NCBI GenBank assembly: GCA_052388515.1
Contig: JBQTHZ010000133.1
Coordinates: 1-51,677, forward strand
Source of the DNA: Chloroflexota bacterium
Lineage (GTDB): Bacteria; Chloroflexota; Limnocylindria; QHBO01
Reading direction: 5' to 3'
DNA length: 51,677 nucleotides
Below, piece by piece: positions 36,421 through 46,014 of this stretch (the first letter of the stretch is position 1; each line of letters starts with the position of its first letter). Under the pieces are notes generated by a model. The model did not search any database. It saw nothing but the letters and a program-made list of their open reading frames with translations, and had not been told where the DNA came from. The position numbers were made by a program, and so were the translations under genes.

Positions 36421-37719
36421 ATGGCAGACCAACGGTCCCTGTGGGACCAGCCTGACGAGCAGCCACCGGCAGTGCCGGCGCCTGACCAGCCGGCCCGCGC
36501 CACGCCTCGCATCCTGCGGGTCACCGACCTCAACCGACGGGTGCGAAGCCTCCTCGACGCCGATGCCATCCTGGCGGACGTGTGGGTCGAAGGCGAGGTC
36601 AGCCAGCCGTCGTTCCCGCCGTCGGGCCACTGCTTCTTCACGCTCAAGGATGCGAACAGCCAGGTGCGAGCCGCGCTCTTTCGCGAGGAGCTCACGCGCG
36701 CCGGAATGCGGCCCACCCACGGCATGAATGTCATCATCCACGGTCGTGTTCGCGGATACGAGCCGCAGGGCGTCTATCAACTCTACGTCGACACCATCAC
36801 GGCGGCCGGGGCCGGCGACCTCCACGCGCGCTACGAGGCCCTGCGCACGGAGCTCGCGGCAGCGGGCCTCTTCGAAGACGCTCGGAAACGGCCCATTCCC
36901 CGCTGGCCGAGGCGGATCGGCGTGGTCACGTCGCCGGTGGGAGCGGTCTGGCGCGACATCAACAACGTCCTCCGCCGCCGCTATCCGTTGGCCGAGCTCG
37001 TGCTCAGTGCGAGCGTCGTGCAGGGCACGACGGCTGCGCCGGCGATCGTGCGCGCGCTCCAGCGGCTGTATGCCCAACCCGACCTCGACACGATCATCCT
37101 TGCCCGCGGCGGCGGGTCGCTCGAGGATCTCTGGAGCTTCAATGACGAACGCGTTGTGCGGGCCGTGGCCGATTCCCCGGTCCCGATGATCGTGGGCGTC
37201 GGGCACGAGTCGGACGTCACGCTCGCCGACTTCGCGGCGGACCTGCGCGCCCCCACACCCAGCGCTGCCGCCGAGCTGGCCACGCCGGATGCGGCGCAGC
37301 TGGCGACCGTGGTCGGCCGGCTGCGAGAGCGCGCCACGGCCGCGCTCCTTGGCCGAGCGGTCGAGCGTCGCGCCTTTCTCGACGCGGAGCGGCGCGCGCT
37401 CACGGGACTGGCACCCGATATCGATGCGGCGCGCCAACGGTCGTCGGACCTTCTCGATCGCGCCACACGGGCGCTCAACGAGCGGCTGGCGCGCCGGCGC
37501 ATGGTCGTCGAGTCCGCCCTCGCCACGCTGCGTACGCTGTCGCCGACCGCCACCCTGGAGCGCGGATATGCCGTGGCTCGCACCGCCGACGGCCGCATCC
37601 TTCACGATGCAACCGGCATCACCGCGGGAGAAGCACTGCAGGTGATCGTGGCCCGCGGTACCGTGGAGACCCGAGTCGAGCGTACCCGCGCCGATGGGAC
37701 CGAGGAGCTTCTCTCATGA
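36421..37719 (+). CDS. xseA: exodeoxyribonuclease VII large subunit
   Basis: VWVEGEVS, SGHCFFTLKD, IGVVTSPVGA, ARGGGSLEDLWSFN, VGHESD, APTPSAAAE, TLERGY. Confidence 0.96.
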   Translation: MADQRSLWDQPDEQPPAVPAPDQPARATPRILRVTDLNRRVRSLLDADAILADVWVEGEVSQPSFPPSGHCFFTLKDANSQVRAALFREELTRAGMRPTHGMNVIIHGRVRGYEPQGVYQLYVDTITAAGAGDLHARYEALRTELAAAGLFEDARKRPIPRWPRRIGVVTSPVGAVWRDINNVLRRRYPLAELVLSASVVQGTTAAPAIVRALQRLYAQPDLDTIILARGGGSLEDLWSFNDERVVRAVADSPVPMIVGVGHESDVTLADFAADLRAPTPSAAAELATPDAAQLATVVGRLRERATAALLGRAVERRAFLDAERRALTGLAPDIDAARQRSSDLLDRATRALNERLARRRMVVESALATLRTLSPTATLERGYAVARTADGRILHDATGITAGEALQVIVARGTVETRVERTRADGTEELLS

Positions 37720-37982
37720 TCGACGACGCCCGCTTCGACGTTCTGACCGACGAGGAGCTTGCGCGACGGCCGTTCGACGAGCTGGTGGTTGCGCTTCAGC
37801 AGACCGTCCAGCGCCTCGAGGGCGGCAGTGTCGGGCTCGAGGAGAGCATCAAGCTCTACAAGCAGGGCCTTCGACTCCACGCCGCCTGTGACACGCGACT
37901 GCGCGAGGCTGAGCTCACCATCACCGAGCTCGGACGGCGCGGCGTGACCGGCGCCGAACCCGGAGACGCCGCCAGCGAATGA
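37716..37982 (+). CDS. xseB: exodeoxyribonuclease VII small subunit
   Basis: FDELVVALQQTVQRLEGG, LEESIKLYKQG, LREAE; overlaps xseA. Confidence 0.92.
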   Translation: MIDDARFDVLTDEELARRPFDELVVALQQTVQRLEGGSVGLEESIKLYKQGLRLHAACDTRLREAELTITELGRRGVTGAEPGDAASE

Positions 37983-38122
37983 AGCGGAGCACGCGGGACG
38001 TGCACATCGGTTCCACGCACGTATCGGCTCTGCCGGGACGCAGCGATGTCACGTCTTCGCCAGGTCGCTCGTCTGAACGGCGGCGGCATCGGCCCTATAC
38101 TTTCGTGCGACCCCAGGAGGGC

Positions 38123-40093
38123 ATGTATTCCTTGACTCTGCTCGAGACCATCCGCGAGCCGTCACAGCTGCACGGCATGACGCCGGAGCAGCTCGAAACC
38201 CTGGCCGCCGAGCTCCGCGAGAAGATGATCCGCACCGTTCACCAGACGGGCGGACACCTGGCGAGCTCGCTGGGGGCGGTCGAGATCACGCTCGCGCTGC
38301 ACCGTACGATGAGCTCGCCACGTGATCGGATCGTGTGGGACACCGGCCACCAGGCGTACGCACACAAGCTCCTGACGAACCGATGGGACCGGTTCGACAC
38401 CCTGCGCCAGCTCGACGGCATCGGCGGCTTTCCACGCCGCAGCGAGAGCGAGCACGACGTTTTTGACGGCGGCCACGCCGGCACCGGCGTCAGCATCGGG
38501 GTGGGCCTGGCGGCGGCTCGAGACATTCGCCCGCGGTCGAGCCCGGCGCGCCGGCAGCGCATCGCCGTCTGCGCGGGGGACGCGGCGATCGGGTCCGGCC
38601 TGACGATGGAAGCCCTCAACCACCTGGGTCACACGAAGCACCCACTGCTGATCGTGCTGAACGACAACGAGATGAGCATCAGCCCGTCGGTCGGCGGCCT
38701 CTCCACGCGGCTCAACAAGATGCGTCTGTCGCGCGCGTACCAGGACACGAAGTCCGCCACCGTCAAGGCGCTGCCGCGTGTTCCGGTGATCGGCAAGCCG
38801 GCGTTCGACCTGCTCGCATGGGCGAAAGAGGGATTCAAGCGCAGCTGGGCCAAGGTCGGCTTCTTCGAGGACATCGGCATCACCTACATCGGCGTCCTCG
38901 ATGGCCACAACCTCGCCGAGCTCGAGGCGGCATTCGAAGCTGCGTTCCAGCTCCGCGGCCCGGTCGTCGTTCACGTGAAGACAATCAAGGGCAAGGGATA
39001 TGCACCGGCCGAGGAGGACTCGATGAGCTTCCACGGCGCGAGCCTGCCGCCGATCGATCTGTGCCTCATCGATCCGACGGAGGAGCCGCTGCCCGCGGAG
39101 GGCAGGCCGAAGCGGAAGCCGAAGACCTACACGCAGACCTTCGTCGAAGAGCTCGTTCGGCTGGGTGAGGCCGACGAGCGGATCGCCGCCATCACGGCGG
39201 GCATGCCGACCGGCACGGGCCTCACGCGCTTCGCCGAGCACTTCCCGGCGCGCTTCCACGACGTCGGGATCGCCGAGCAGCACGCCGTCACCATGGCGGC
39301 CGGCCTGGCACTGGCCGGCATGCGTCCGGTTGTCGCCCTGTACTCCACGTTCAGCCAGCGAGCCTACGACGGCCTCGTCCATGACATCTGCCAGAACGAG
39401 CTTCCCGTTGTCCTCGGTCTTGACCGATCGGGCCTGGTCGGCGAGGACGGCACCTCTCACCAGGGCATGTTCATGCTGCCTGGCATGCGATCGTTGCCGA
39501 ACCTGGCCGTCGCCTCACCGAAGGACGAGCAGGAGCTGCGCGACCTCGTCGTCACCGCGCTCAGCCTCGATGGGCCCGTTGCGCTCCTCTATCCCCGCGA
39601 CGCGGGCGAGGACCTCGCGGATCGCGACGGCGTCGTGCTGGAACCGGGGCGAGGCGAGGTGCTGCGCACCGGCGACGACCTGCTGCTGGTCGGGTTCGGG
39701 CCCATCGTCCAGCGGCTGGTGCGCGTCGCTGCAGAGCTGGAGGCTGATGGTCTGGCTGCCACCGTCATCAACGCGCGCTGGGCGAAGCCGCTCGACGAGA
39801 CGCTGATCGCCGAGCACGCCTCAGGCAAGCGGCTCGTCGTCACCGCGGAGGAGTCGGCGGCCATGGGTGGATTCGGCGACGGCGTGCTGGACGCGTTGAA
39901 CCGGGCCGGCATCCACGTCCCCCTTCACAAGATCGCGCTCGCCGATGGATTCGTGCATCACGGCGCCGTCGACGACCTGCGACGTCAGCAGAGGATCGAT
40001 GCGCCGGGCATCCTGGCCCAGGTGCGCGAGGCCCTCGGCCTTGGGCGCCGCGTCGCGCCAAAGCGCCGCTCGAAGGTCTCCGCCGCGTCATAG
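38123..40093 (+). CDS. dxs: 1-deoxy-D-xylulose-5-phosphate synthase
   Basis: GGHLASSLG, WDTGHQAYAHK, LNDNEMSIS, KGKGY, GIAEQH, YSTF, GEDGTSHQG; AGGAGG RBS and TATACT box upstream. Confidence 0.96.
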   Translation: MYSLTLLETIREPSQLHGMTPEQLETLAAELREKMIRTVHQTGGHLASSLGAVEITLALHRTMSSPRDRIVWDTGHQAYAHKLLTNRWDRFDTLRQLDGIGGFPRRSESEHDVFDGGHAGTGVSIGVGLAAARDIRPRSSPARRQRIAVCAGDAAIGSGLTMEALNHLGHTKHPLLIVLNDNEMSISPSVGGLSTRLNKMRLSRAYQDTKSATVKALPRVPVIGKPAFDLLAWAKEGFKRSWAKVGFFEDIGITYIGVLDGHNLAELEAAFEAAFQLRGPVVVHVKTIKGKGYAPAEEDSMSFHGASLPPIDLCLIDPTEEPLPAEGRPKRKPKTYTQTFVEELVRLGEADERIAAITAGMPTGTGLTRFAEHFPARFHDVGIAEQHAVTMAAGLALAGMRPVVALYSTFSQRAYDGLVHDICQNELPVVLGLDRSGLVGEDGTSHQGMFMLPGMRSLPNLAVASPKDEQELRDLVVTALSLDGPVALLYPRDAGEDLADRDGVVLEPGRGEVLRTGDDLLLVGFGPIVQRLVRVAAELEADGLAATVINARWAKPLDETLIAEHASGKRLVVTAEESAAMGGFGDGVLDALNRAGIHVPLHKIALADGFVHHGAVDDLRRQQRIDAPGILAQVREALGLGRRVAPKRRSKVSAAS

Positions 40094-40278
40094 CGACCGG
40101 TTCGTCGTCGTGGTGTGGCTGGAGCTCGGTGCACGCGTGATCGTGCGGGCCCGCTCGGTTCTCGGCGCCGCTCAGCGGCGCAGACTGGAGCGCGAAGGCA
40201 CGTGCAGGCCCCGCGGGTCGTGGTGAATCAGCCTCGCTGAGCGGCGATCCGAGAGGTTGAACCAAGCGCCGCATCCTA

Positions 40279-40312
40279 TCAGCAGATATAGCATTATTGA
40301 TATATCCGCTGA
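40279..40312. promoter_or_regulatory. AT-rich imperfect palindrome, candidate protein-binding site
   Basis: tcagcagatata-N10-tatatccgctga, 11/12 arm match. Confidence 0.5.
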
Positions 40313-40383
40313 ACGCGCGGACGAGCCTCGGCCGACCGCCGATGCCGAGGAGAGCAGCGTCCTTGGCGCTACGATCAACACCG

Positions 40384-41172
40384 ATGGCGCGCATCCGGCT
40401 CGATCAGCTTCTCACCGCTCGCGGTCTGGCAGGCTCGCGCGCCGAGGCACAGTCGCTCATCCACGCCGGCGATGTGCGGCTGGATGGGGAACGACGCCTG
40501 AAGCCCGGCCAGCTGGTGGCGGCGGACGCATCGGTCTCGCTGGTGGAGAAGCCGCGCTGGGCGAGCCGCGCCGGCGCCAAGCTGGAGCATGCCCTCGGCG
40601 TCTTCGGAATCGACCCGACCGGCTCCGCGTGCCTGGATGCCGGGGCATCGACCGGCGGCTTCACCGATGTGCTGCTCGCTCGCGGTGCGCGCGTGGTGTA
40701 CGCCGTTGATGTCGGTCGTGCCCAGCTCATCGAGCGTCTGCGTCGCGATCCGCGCGTGGTCAGCATGGAGCGCACGAACCTGCGCGAGCTGACCCGGCTG
40801 CCCGAGCTCATCCAGCTTGCAACGCTCGACCTGAGCTTCATCAGCCTTCGCCTGGTGCTGGCCGCCGTCCGGAACCTCCTCGCCGATGACGGACGCGTGG
40901 TCGCGCTGGTCAAGCCGCAGTTCGAGGCCGGGAGGGAGGCGGTCCCGCGCGGCGGGGTGGTGCGCGACCCGGCGGTCTGGGAGGAGGTGCTGTCCGACGC
41001 CATGTTCATGGCCGAGGATGCTGGATTGCACGCGTACCGGGCGATCAGGTCGCCGATCACCGGTTCGGATGGCAACGTCGAGTTCCTCGTCGACATTCGG
41101 GCCACCGAGGGCGACGACGAGGAGATGACGAACTACGTGCTCAGCTATGTCGAGGCGATCCACGGGCCGTAG
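40384..41172 (+). CDS. tlyA: TlyA-family rRNA 2'-O-methyltransferase
   Basis: S4 domain RLDQLL, SRAGAKL, LDAGASTGGFTD, DLSFISL, LVKPQFE, SPITGSDGNVEFL. Confidence 0.95.
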   Translation: MARIRLDQLLTARGLAGSRAEAQSLIHAGDVRLDGERRLKPGQLVAADASVSLVEKPRWASRAGAKLEHALGVFGIDPTGSACLDAGASTGGFTDVLLARGARVVYAVDVGRAQLIERLRRDPRVVSMERTNLRELTRLPELIQLATLDLSFISLRLVLAAVRNLLADDGRVVALVKPQFEAGREAVPRGGVVRDPAVWEEVLSDAMFMAEDAGLHAYRAIRSPITGSDGNVEFLVDIRATEGDDEEMTNYVLSYVEAIHGP

Positions 41173-41196
41173 CACGGGCGTACTACGATCAGATCG

Positions 41197-41556
41197 ATGA
41201 AACGCAGGGTGACGCGCGCCGACAGCAACGCCGAGCAGCTCGGAATCGGCTTCGAGGGGATCGAGGTCGTTGAGCCGCCACCGCACGAGCCGGCGCCCGA
41301 CACCATGCGCCAGATCGTGAGCCTGCGCATGCCCGACGCTCTGCTCGAGCGCGTGGAAGTTGCGGCGCGGGCGCGGGGAGTGTCGCCGTCGAGCCTCATG
41401 CGTGCCCTCATCGCCGCAGGGCTGGATCGTTCGTACGCCGCGGTTCGTGAGCGCTCGGGCCCGCCGGACCTGGCCGGCGAGATCGCGGCGCTCGGCGAGC
41501 GGATCGATGCCCTGGCCCGGGCCATGGAGGGTCGGGGTGCGGCGGACAAGCCGTGA
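41197..41556 (+). CDS. ribbon-helix-helix (CopG-like) DNA-binding protein
   Basis: IVSLRMPDALLERVEVAARARGVSPSSLMRALI pattern plus C-terminal coiled coil. Confidence 0.7.
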   Translation: MKRRVTRADSNAEQLGIGFEGIEVVEPPPHEPAPDTMRQIVSLRMPDALLERVEVAARARGVSPSSLMRALIAAGLDRSYAAVRERSGPPDLAGEIAALGERIDALARAMEGRGAADKP

Positions 41557-42404
41557 TGGAGCTACGACGCATCGGCTTCGCCTTCAATCCGTACAACGCC
41601 GAGGCGCGTGCCGTCCTGGAACGTGCGCATGCCTGGTGCGCGAAGAACGGGGTGGAGGCCTGGGATGCCCGGGCGGAGGACCGCGGTGCGATTGCCGAGG
41701 CCTGCGCATCGGGAACGGATCTCGTGTGCGTGCTCGGCGGTGACGGTACGTTCCTGCGCAGCGCCAGCGCCGTCGGCGAAACGGGCGTACCGGCGCTCGG
41801 CATCAACCTCGGCCGGGTCGGCTTCCTGGCCAAGGTCGAGACCGATGGGCTGGAGCGTGCCCTCGACCAGGTGGTCGCCGGGGATTACACGATCGAGGAT
41901 CGCTTCAGGATCGAGGCGGCGATCGTCCATCCCGATGGCGCCCTGGTCGAGCGCCACGCCTGCCTGAACGAGGTGGTCGTCGCCCGCGGACGACGGGTGC
42001 GCATGATCCGGCTGGAGGTCGAGGTCTCCGGGTCGCACCTTGCGACGTACGTGGCCGACGCCGTCGTCGTGGCCACCCCGACCGGCTCGACCGCGTACAG
42101 CTTCAGCGCAGGAGGCTCCATCCTCGACCCGCGGCTGCGGAACATGATCATCACCCCGGTCGCGTCATACCTCTCGCCGCTGCACAGCGTCGTCGCCGGC
42201 GAGGACCACGTCGTGCAGATCACCCTCCGTGAGGCGGCGGATCCGGCGATCGTGAGCATCGACGGGCAGTGGGATATCGAGCTCGCGCCGGGCGACCGGG
42301 TCGAGGTGCGCGCGTTGCCGGAGCCGTTGCGACTGCTGGAGCCCGCCGGGGCGACTCCGTTCTACGACCTGCTGCGCACCAAGGCCGGCCTGCTGCCGTA
42401 CTGA
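41553..42404 (+). CDS. nadK: NAD(+) kinase
   Basis: LGGDGTFL, GINLGRVGFL, LNE, ATPTGSTAYSFSAGG. Confidence 0.96.
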   Translation: MMELRRIGFAFNPYNAEARAVLERAHAWCAKNGVEAWDARAEDRGAIAEACASGTDLVCVLGGDGTFLRSASAVGETGVPALGINLGRVGFLAKVETDGLERALDQVVAGDYTIEDRFRIEAAIVHPDGALVERHACLNEVVVARGRRVRMIRLEVEVSGSHLATYVADAVVVATPTGSTAYSFSAGGSILDPRLRNMIITPVASYLSPLHSVVAGEDHVVQITLREAADPAIVSIDGQWDIELAPGDRVEVRALPEPLRLLEPAGATPFYDLLRTKAGLLPY

Positions 42405-42417
42405 TGGCACGGTTCTG

Positions 42418-44085
42418 ATGGCATTGCGCGAGCTGACGGTCGAGAACCTTGCGGTGGTCGAATCGGTGCGCCTCACGCTCGGCGAGGGTCTCACGGTGGT
42501 GACGGGCGAGACCGGCGCCGGCAAGTCGCTGGTCGTCGACGCGGTGGCCCTGGCACTCGGCGCGCGCGCGTCAACCGACCAGGTCCGAGCGGGCATGGCT
42601 GCGGCCCGAATCGAGGCCATCTTCGATGCTCCGTCGTTGTCGGCGGACGACCCGATGGCCGAGGTCGTCGAAGCGGGCGAGGGAAGCGTCATCGTGCGGC
42701 GCGATGTCGGCGCCGATGGGCGTTCCGTGGCGCGCGTCAACGATCGCGCGGTCACCGTCGGTGGCCTGGCCGGCCTGGGCGGGCGACTCGGCGAGATTCA
42801 CGGCCAGCACGATCAGCAGCGGCTGCTCGAGCCGTCCCGGCAGCTGGCGTTGCTGGATGGCTTCGGCGGGCACGCGGCCGCGGTCTCCGCCGTCGGCCAG
42901 GCATATCGCGCGTGGCGGACGACCGTCGCTGCAGCCGCGGAGCTGCTGACCGATGCCCACGAGCTGGCTCGACGGGTCGAGCTCCTGCGCCACCAGGTCG
43001 ACGAGATCGCAATCGCGCAGGCGCGCCCGGGAGAAGATGCCGAGCTGGAGGCACAGCTGCGGGCCGCCGAGCACGCCGAGACGATCGCGCGCTCCGCCGC
43101 CGATGCCGTGGCAGCGCTCCGGGACGATGGCGGCGCGGGCGATGCGCTGAGCGCCGCTGAACACGGCCTGGCGACCTCCGCCCAGCATGACGAGCGGTTT
43201 GCCCCACTGTCCGACCGCGTGGCGGCGCTGGCGGCCGAGGCTGCCGAGCTTGCCCGCGACGTCAGCGCCGTGGCCGATGGCGTGGACCTGGATCCTGCCA
43301 GCCGCGCAACGGCCGAGGAGCGGCTGAGCCTGCTCTACGACCTGCGCCGCAAGTACGGCGACTCGCTCGACGCCGTGATCGCCTTCGGCGCAGCTGCGGC
43401 CGCCGAGCTCGATGCGCTCGAGAACCAGGAGGGGGCGCGTGAACGGCTGCGGGTCGAGGAGGCGCAGCGACGCGCGGCCCTCGAAAAGGCCGCTGCGGCG
43501 ACGACGGCCGCACGTCGCGCGGCTGCCGAGCGGCTGGTGATGGCAGTCAACGCCGAGCTCCCGCCCCTGGGCCTCGATGCAGGCTCGTTCGGCATCCAGG
43601 TCGATGACGTCGAGATTGGCGCAGCCGGCGCAGATGGCGTCGCATTCACCTTCGCGCCGAACGCCGGTGAGCCGCCGCGGCCGTTGGCCCGGATCGCATC
43701 GGGCGGCGAGGCGAGCCGGCTCTCACTGGCGCTGAAGGTGGTGCTGGCAGCGGTCGACGAGACTCCGCTTCTCGTCTTCGACGAGATCGACGCCGGCGTC
43801 GGAGGCCGGAACGCCGTGACCCTCGGCGAGCGGCTCCGTGCGTTGAGCCGGTTCCACCAGGTCCTGTGCGTCACGCACCTTCCGCAGGTCGCGGCTCATG
43901 CCGATGCCCACATCGTGGTGGGCAAGCGCGAGGTCGGCGGTCGCACGAAGACGGACGCCAGGATCCTCGACGCCGATGAGCGCGCAGAGGAGCTGGCGGC
44001 GATGCTGGGCGGCGAGGGGGTCGGGGATGAGGCCCATGCCGCCGCTCGTGCGCTGCTGCGTGGAGCCGGGAGGGGCGCGCGATGA
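42418..44085 (+). CDS. recN: DNA repair protein RecN
   Basis: TGETGAGKS, IHGQHD, LRRKYG, IASGGEASR, FDEIDAGVGG, VTHLPQVAA. Confidence 0.96.
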   Translation: MALRELTVENLAVVESVRLTLGEGLTVVTGETGAGKSLVVDAVALALGARASTDQVRAGMAAARIEAIFDAPSLSADDPMAEVVEAGEGSVIVRRDVGADGRSVARVNDRAVTVGGLAGLGGRLGEIHGQHDQQRLLEPSRQLALLDGFGGHAAAVSAVGQAYRAWRTTVAAAAELLTDAHELARRVELLRHQVDEIAIAQARPGEDAELEAQLRAAEHAETIARSAADAVAALRDDGGAGDALSAAEHGLATSAQHDERFAPLSDRVAALAAEAAELARDVSAVADGVDLDPASRATAEERLSLLYDLRRKYGDSLDAVIAFGAAAAAELDALENQEGARERLRVEEAQRRAALEKAAAATTAARRAAAERLVMAVNAELPPLGLDAGSFGIQVDDVEIGAAGADGVAFTFAPNAGEPPRPLARIASGGEASRLSLALKVVLAAVDETPLLVFDEIDAGVGGRNAVTLGERLRALSRFHQVLCVTHLPQVAAHADAHIVVGKREVGGRTKTDARILDADERAEELAAMLGGEGVGDEAHAAARALLRGAGRGAR

Positions 44086-44107
44086 GCGGATGCGCCATGT
44101 TGAACTC

Positions 44108-44221
44108 TGTGCATCTGAGCGAGCATTGGATGGGAGATACGCCGTGGATCCGCTGGCCCTGAGCGTGCATCCCAGCCGCCAGGGCCACATCGGCCCGGCA
44201 ATGTGCTGCTTAGCGAGCATT
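44108..44221. repeat. degenerate 21-bp direct repeats in the recN-xerD spacer
   Basis: tgtgcatctgagcgagcattg (44108) vs tgtgctgcttagcgagcattg (44201), 18/21; partial copy near 44159. Confidence 0.55.
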
Positions 44222-44268
44222 GTTCCAAACGCAGGTCGACGTCGTGAACAACGCTCCGATGCTGCGCA

Positions 44269-45180
44269 TTGATCGAGTCCGTGGGCAGCCAGGGACCGGA
44301 TCCGGCGCTGGAGGAGGCGGTCGACTCGTTCCTCGTGGAGCTCCGCGTGGAGCGCGGCCTCTCGCCGTTGACGATCAAGGCCTACCGCCACGATCTCGCC
44401 CAGTTCGCGCGGGTCGCCGGCACGCGCTGGCGCAATGACCCGCGGCCGCTGACCGAGTTCGTGAGAAGCCTGCAGCGATCGGGAGCCAAGGGCAGCACCC
44501 AGGCACGCAAGAGCGCGGCGGTCCGCAGCTTCTACGGTTTCGCCCTCCGCGAAGGGCTTGCCACCCGGGACGTCCCGGCTCTCGTCGACGCGCCACGGCC
44601 GGGGAGCTACCTGCCCGACGTGCTGGCGCCGGAGGACGTCGAGCGCATCCTCGACGCGCCACCGGCCGACGACGCGATCGGCATCCGCGACCGCGCCATC
44701 CTGGAGCTGCTGTATGCCTGTGGGCTGCGCGTCAGCGAGCTTGTCGGGCTCGACACGGACCGGGTCGATCTGAAGCGTCAACAGGTGCGTGTCATCGGCA
44801 AGGGCAACAAAGAGCGGCGCGTGCCGATGGGTGACGAGGCGCGCGAGCGGCTGCATCGGTATCGCATCGGTCCTCGGGAGAGCTGGACGGCCGGCAGGCC
44901 GAGTCCTGCCGTGTTCGTTGGCCGTCGCGGCCACCGGATGAGCCGGGAAGCGGTCTGGCAGCTGGTGAAGCGCTGGACCGAGGTGGCGGGGGTGGAAGAG
45001 CGCGTCACGCCGCACACGTTCCGGCACAGCTTCGCAACGCATCTGCTCGAGGGGGGAGCCGATCTGCGGGTGGTCCAGGCCCTGCTCGGCCATGCTAGCA
45101 TCAGCACCACCCAGCTCTATACCCACCTGACCGGCGAGCGCGTGCGCGAGGTCTACGCCAGGGCGCATCCGAGAGCCTGA
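44269..45180 (+). CDS. xerD: tyrosine recombinase XerD
   Basis: VERGLSPLTIKAY, LLYACGLRVSEL, GKGNKER, TPHTFRHSFATHLL, LLGHASISTTQLYTH, HPRA end. Confidence 0.9.
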   Translation: MIESVGSQGPDPALEEAVDSFLVELRVERGLSPLTIKAYRHDLAQFARVAGTRWRNDPRPLTEFVRSLQRSGAKGSTQARKSAAVRSFYGFALREGLATRDVPALVDAPRPGSYLPDVLAPEDVERILDAPPADDAIGIRDRAILELLYACGLRVSELVGLDTDRVDLKRQQVRVIGKGNKERRVPMGDEARERLHRYRIGPRESWTAGRPSPAVFVGRRGHRMSREAVWQLVKRWTEVAGVEERVTPHTFRHSFATHLLEGGADLRVVQALLGHASISTTQLYTHLTGERVREVYARAHPRA

Positions 45181-45213
45181 AGCGGACCGAACAAGCAGGA
45201 GTCAACGAGGCCG

Positions 45214-46014
45214 ATGAGTTACGCGCGAAACCTCCTGAGCCGTGGCGAGGAGGTCGTCTACGAGAGCCGCCAACACTGGTTCGCGGTGATCGCCCGGACC
45301 TGGGTCTGGATCGTGATCGCCATCGTGGCGCTTGCGCTCATCATCTTCCTCGCTGGCGGCCAGGAGCCAATCGGTGGCGACACCGTGGACGGGATCCTCA
45401 CCATTGTGGCTGTCGTGGCGCTGATCGCGACGGTCGCCTACGTCGCTTTCGTGTTGTGGGACTGGCGGAACCAGGAGTGGCTGATCACCACCCGACGCGT
45501 GATCCGCGCCGAGGGCGTGCTCAACAAGAGCATGTCCGACTCGAGCCTTGAGAAGATCAATGACGCCCGGCTCGACCAGAGCGTCTTCGGTCGCATCTTC
45601 GGATACGGCACGCTCGACATCCTGACTGCGGCCGAAGAGCTGGGTGGCTCGAACGTGGCCGACTTCCCGATGATCGCCGACCCGATCGAGTTCAAGAAAT
45701 CGATGCTGGACCAGAAGGAGATGCTCGAGCGGCCCGATCTCGCGCGTCCTCGCTACCAACGCGCTGACCAGGCCCCCGATCTTCAGCGCGCGGACCCGAT
45801 GCCACCGCGCGCCGGCTCCGATCGCGTGGCGATCCACGGCGACGAGCCAGCGCCCGCCCCAGCTGAGGCCCCCGCCTCCGCCGCCTCGGAGCCGCGAAAT
45901 GCGGCCGACGACCTGGGCGCAACCCTCGAGCGACTGGCCGGGCTGCGCGACAAGGGGCTCATCACCCCGGAGGAGTACGAGGCCAAGAAGCGCGACCTGC
46001 TGGAGCGGATGTAG
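45214..46014 (+). CDS. membrane protein with bacterial PH domain and C-terminal SHOCT domain
   Basis: Two TMs, ITTRRVI..GVL..KIND..GRIFGYGTL; LERLAGLRDKGLITPEEYEAKKRDLL. Confidence 0.85.
   Translation: MSYARNLLSRGEEVVYESRQHWFAVIARTWVWIVIAIVALALIIFLAGGQEPIGGDTVDGILTIVAVVALIATVAYVAFVLWDWRNQEWLITTRRVIRAEGVLNKSMSDSSLEKINDARLDQSVFGRIFGYGTLDILTAAEELGGSNVADFPMIADPIEFKKSMLDQKEMLERPDLARPRYQRADQAPDLQRADPMPPRAGSDRVAIHGDEPAPAPAEAPASAASEPRNAADDLGATLERLAGLRDKGLITPEEYEAKKRDLLERM

Noticed and set aside
40279-40312. dif site
   Set aside because: Lacks the TTATGTTAA-like XerD arm and 11-6-11 layout; kept only as an unexplained palindrome
39945-40381. Short ORFs in the dxs-tlyA spacer
   Set aside because: No RBS, motifs or consistent codon bias
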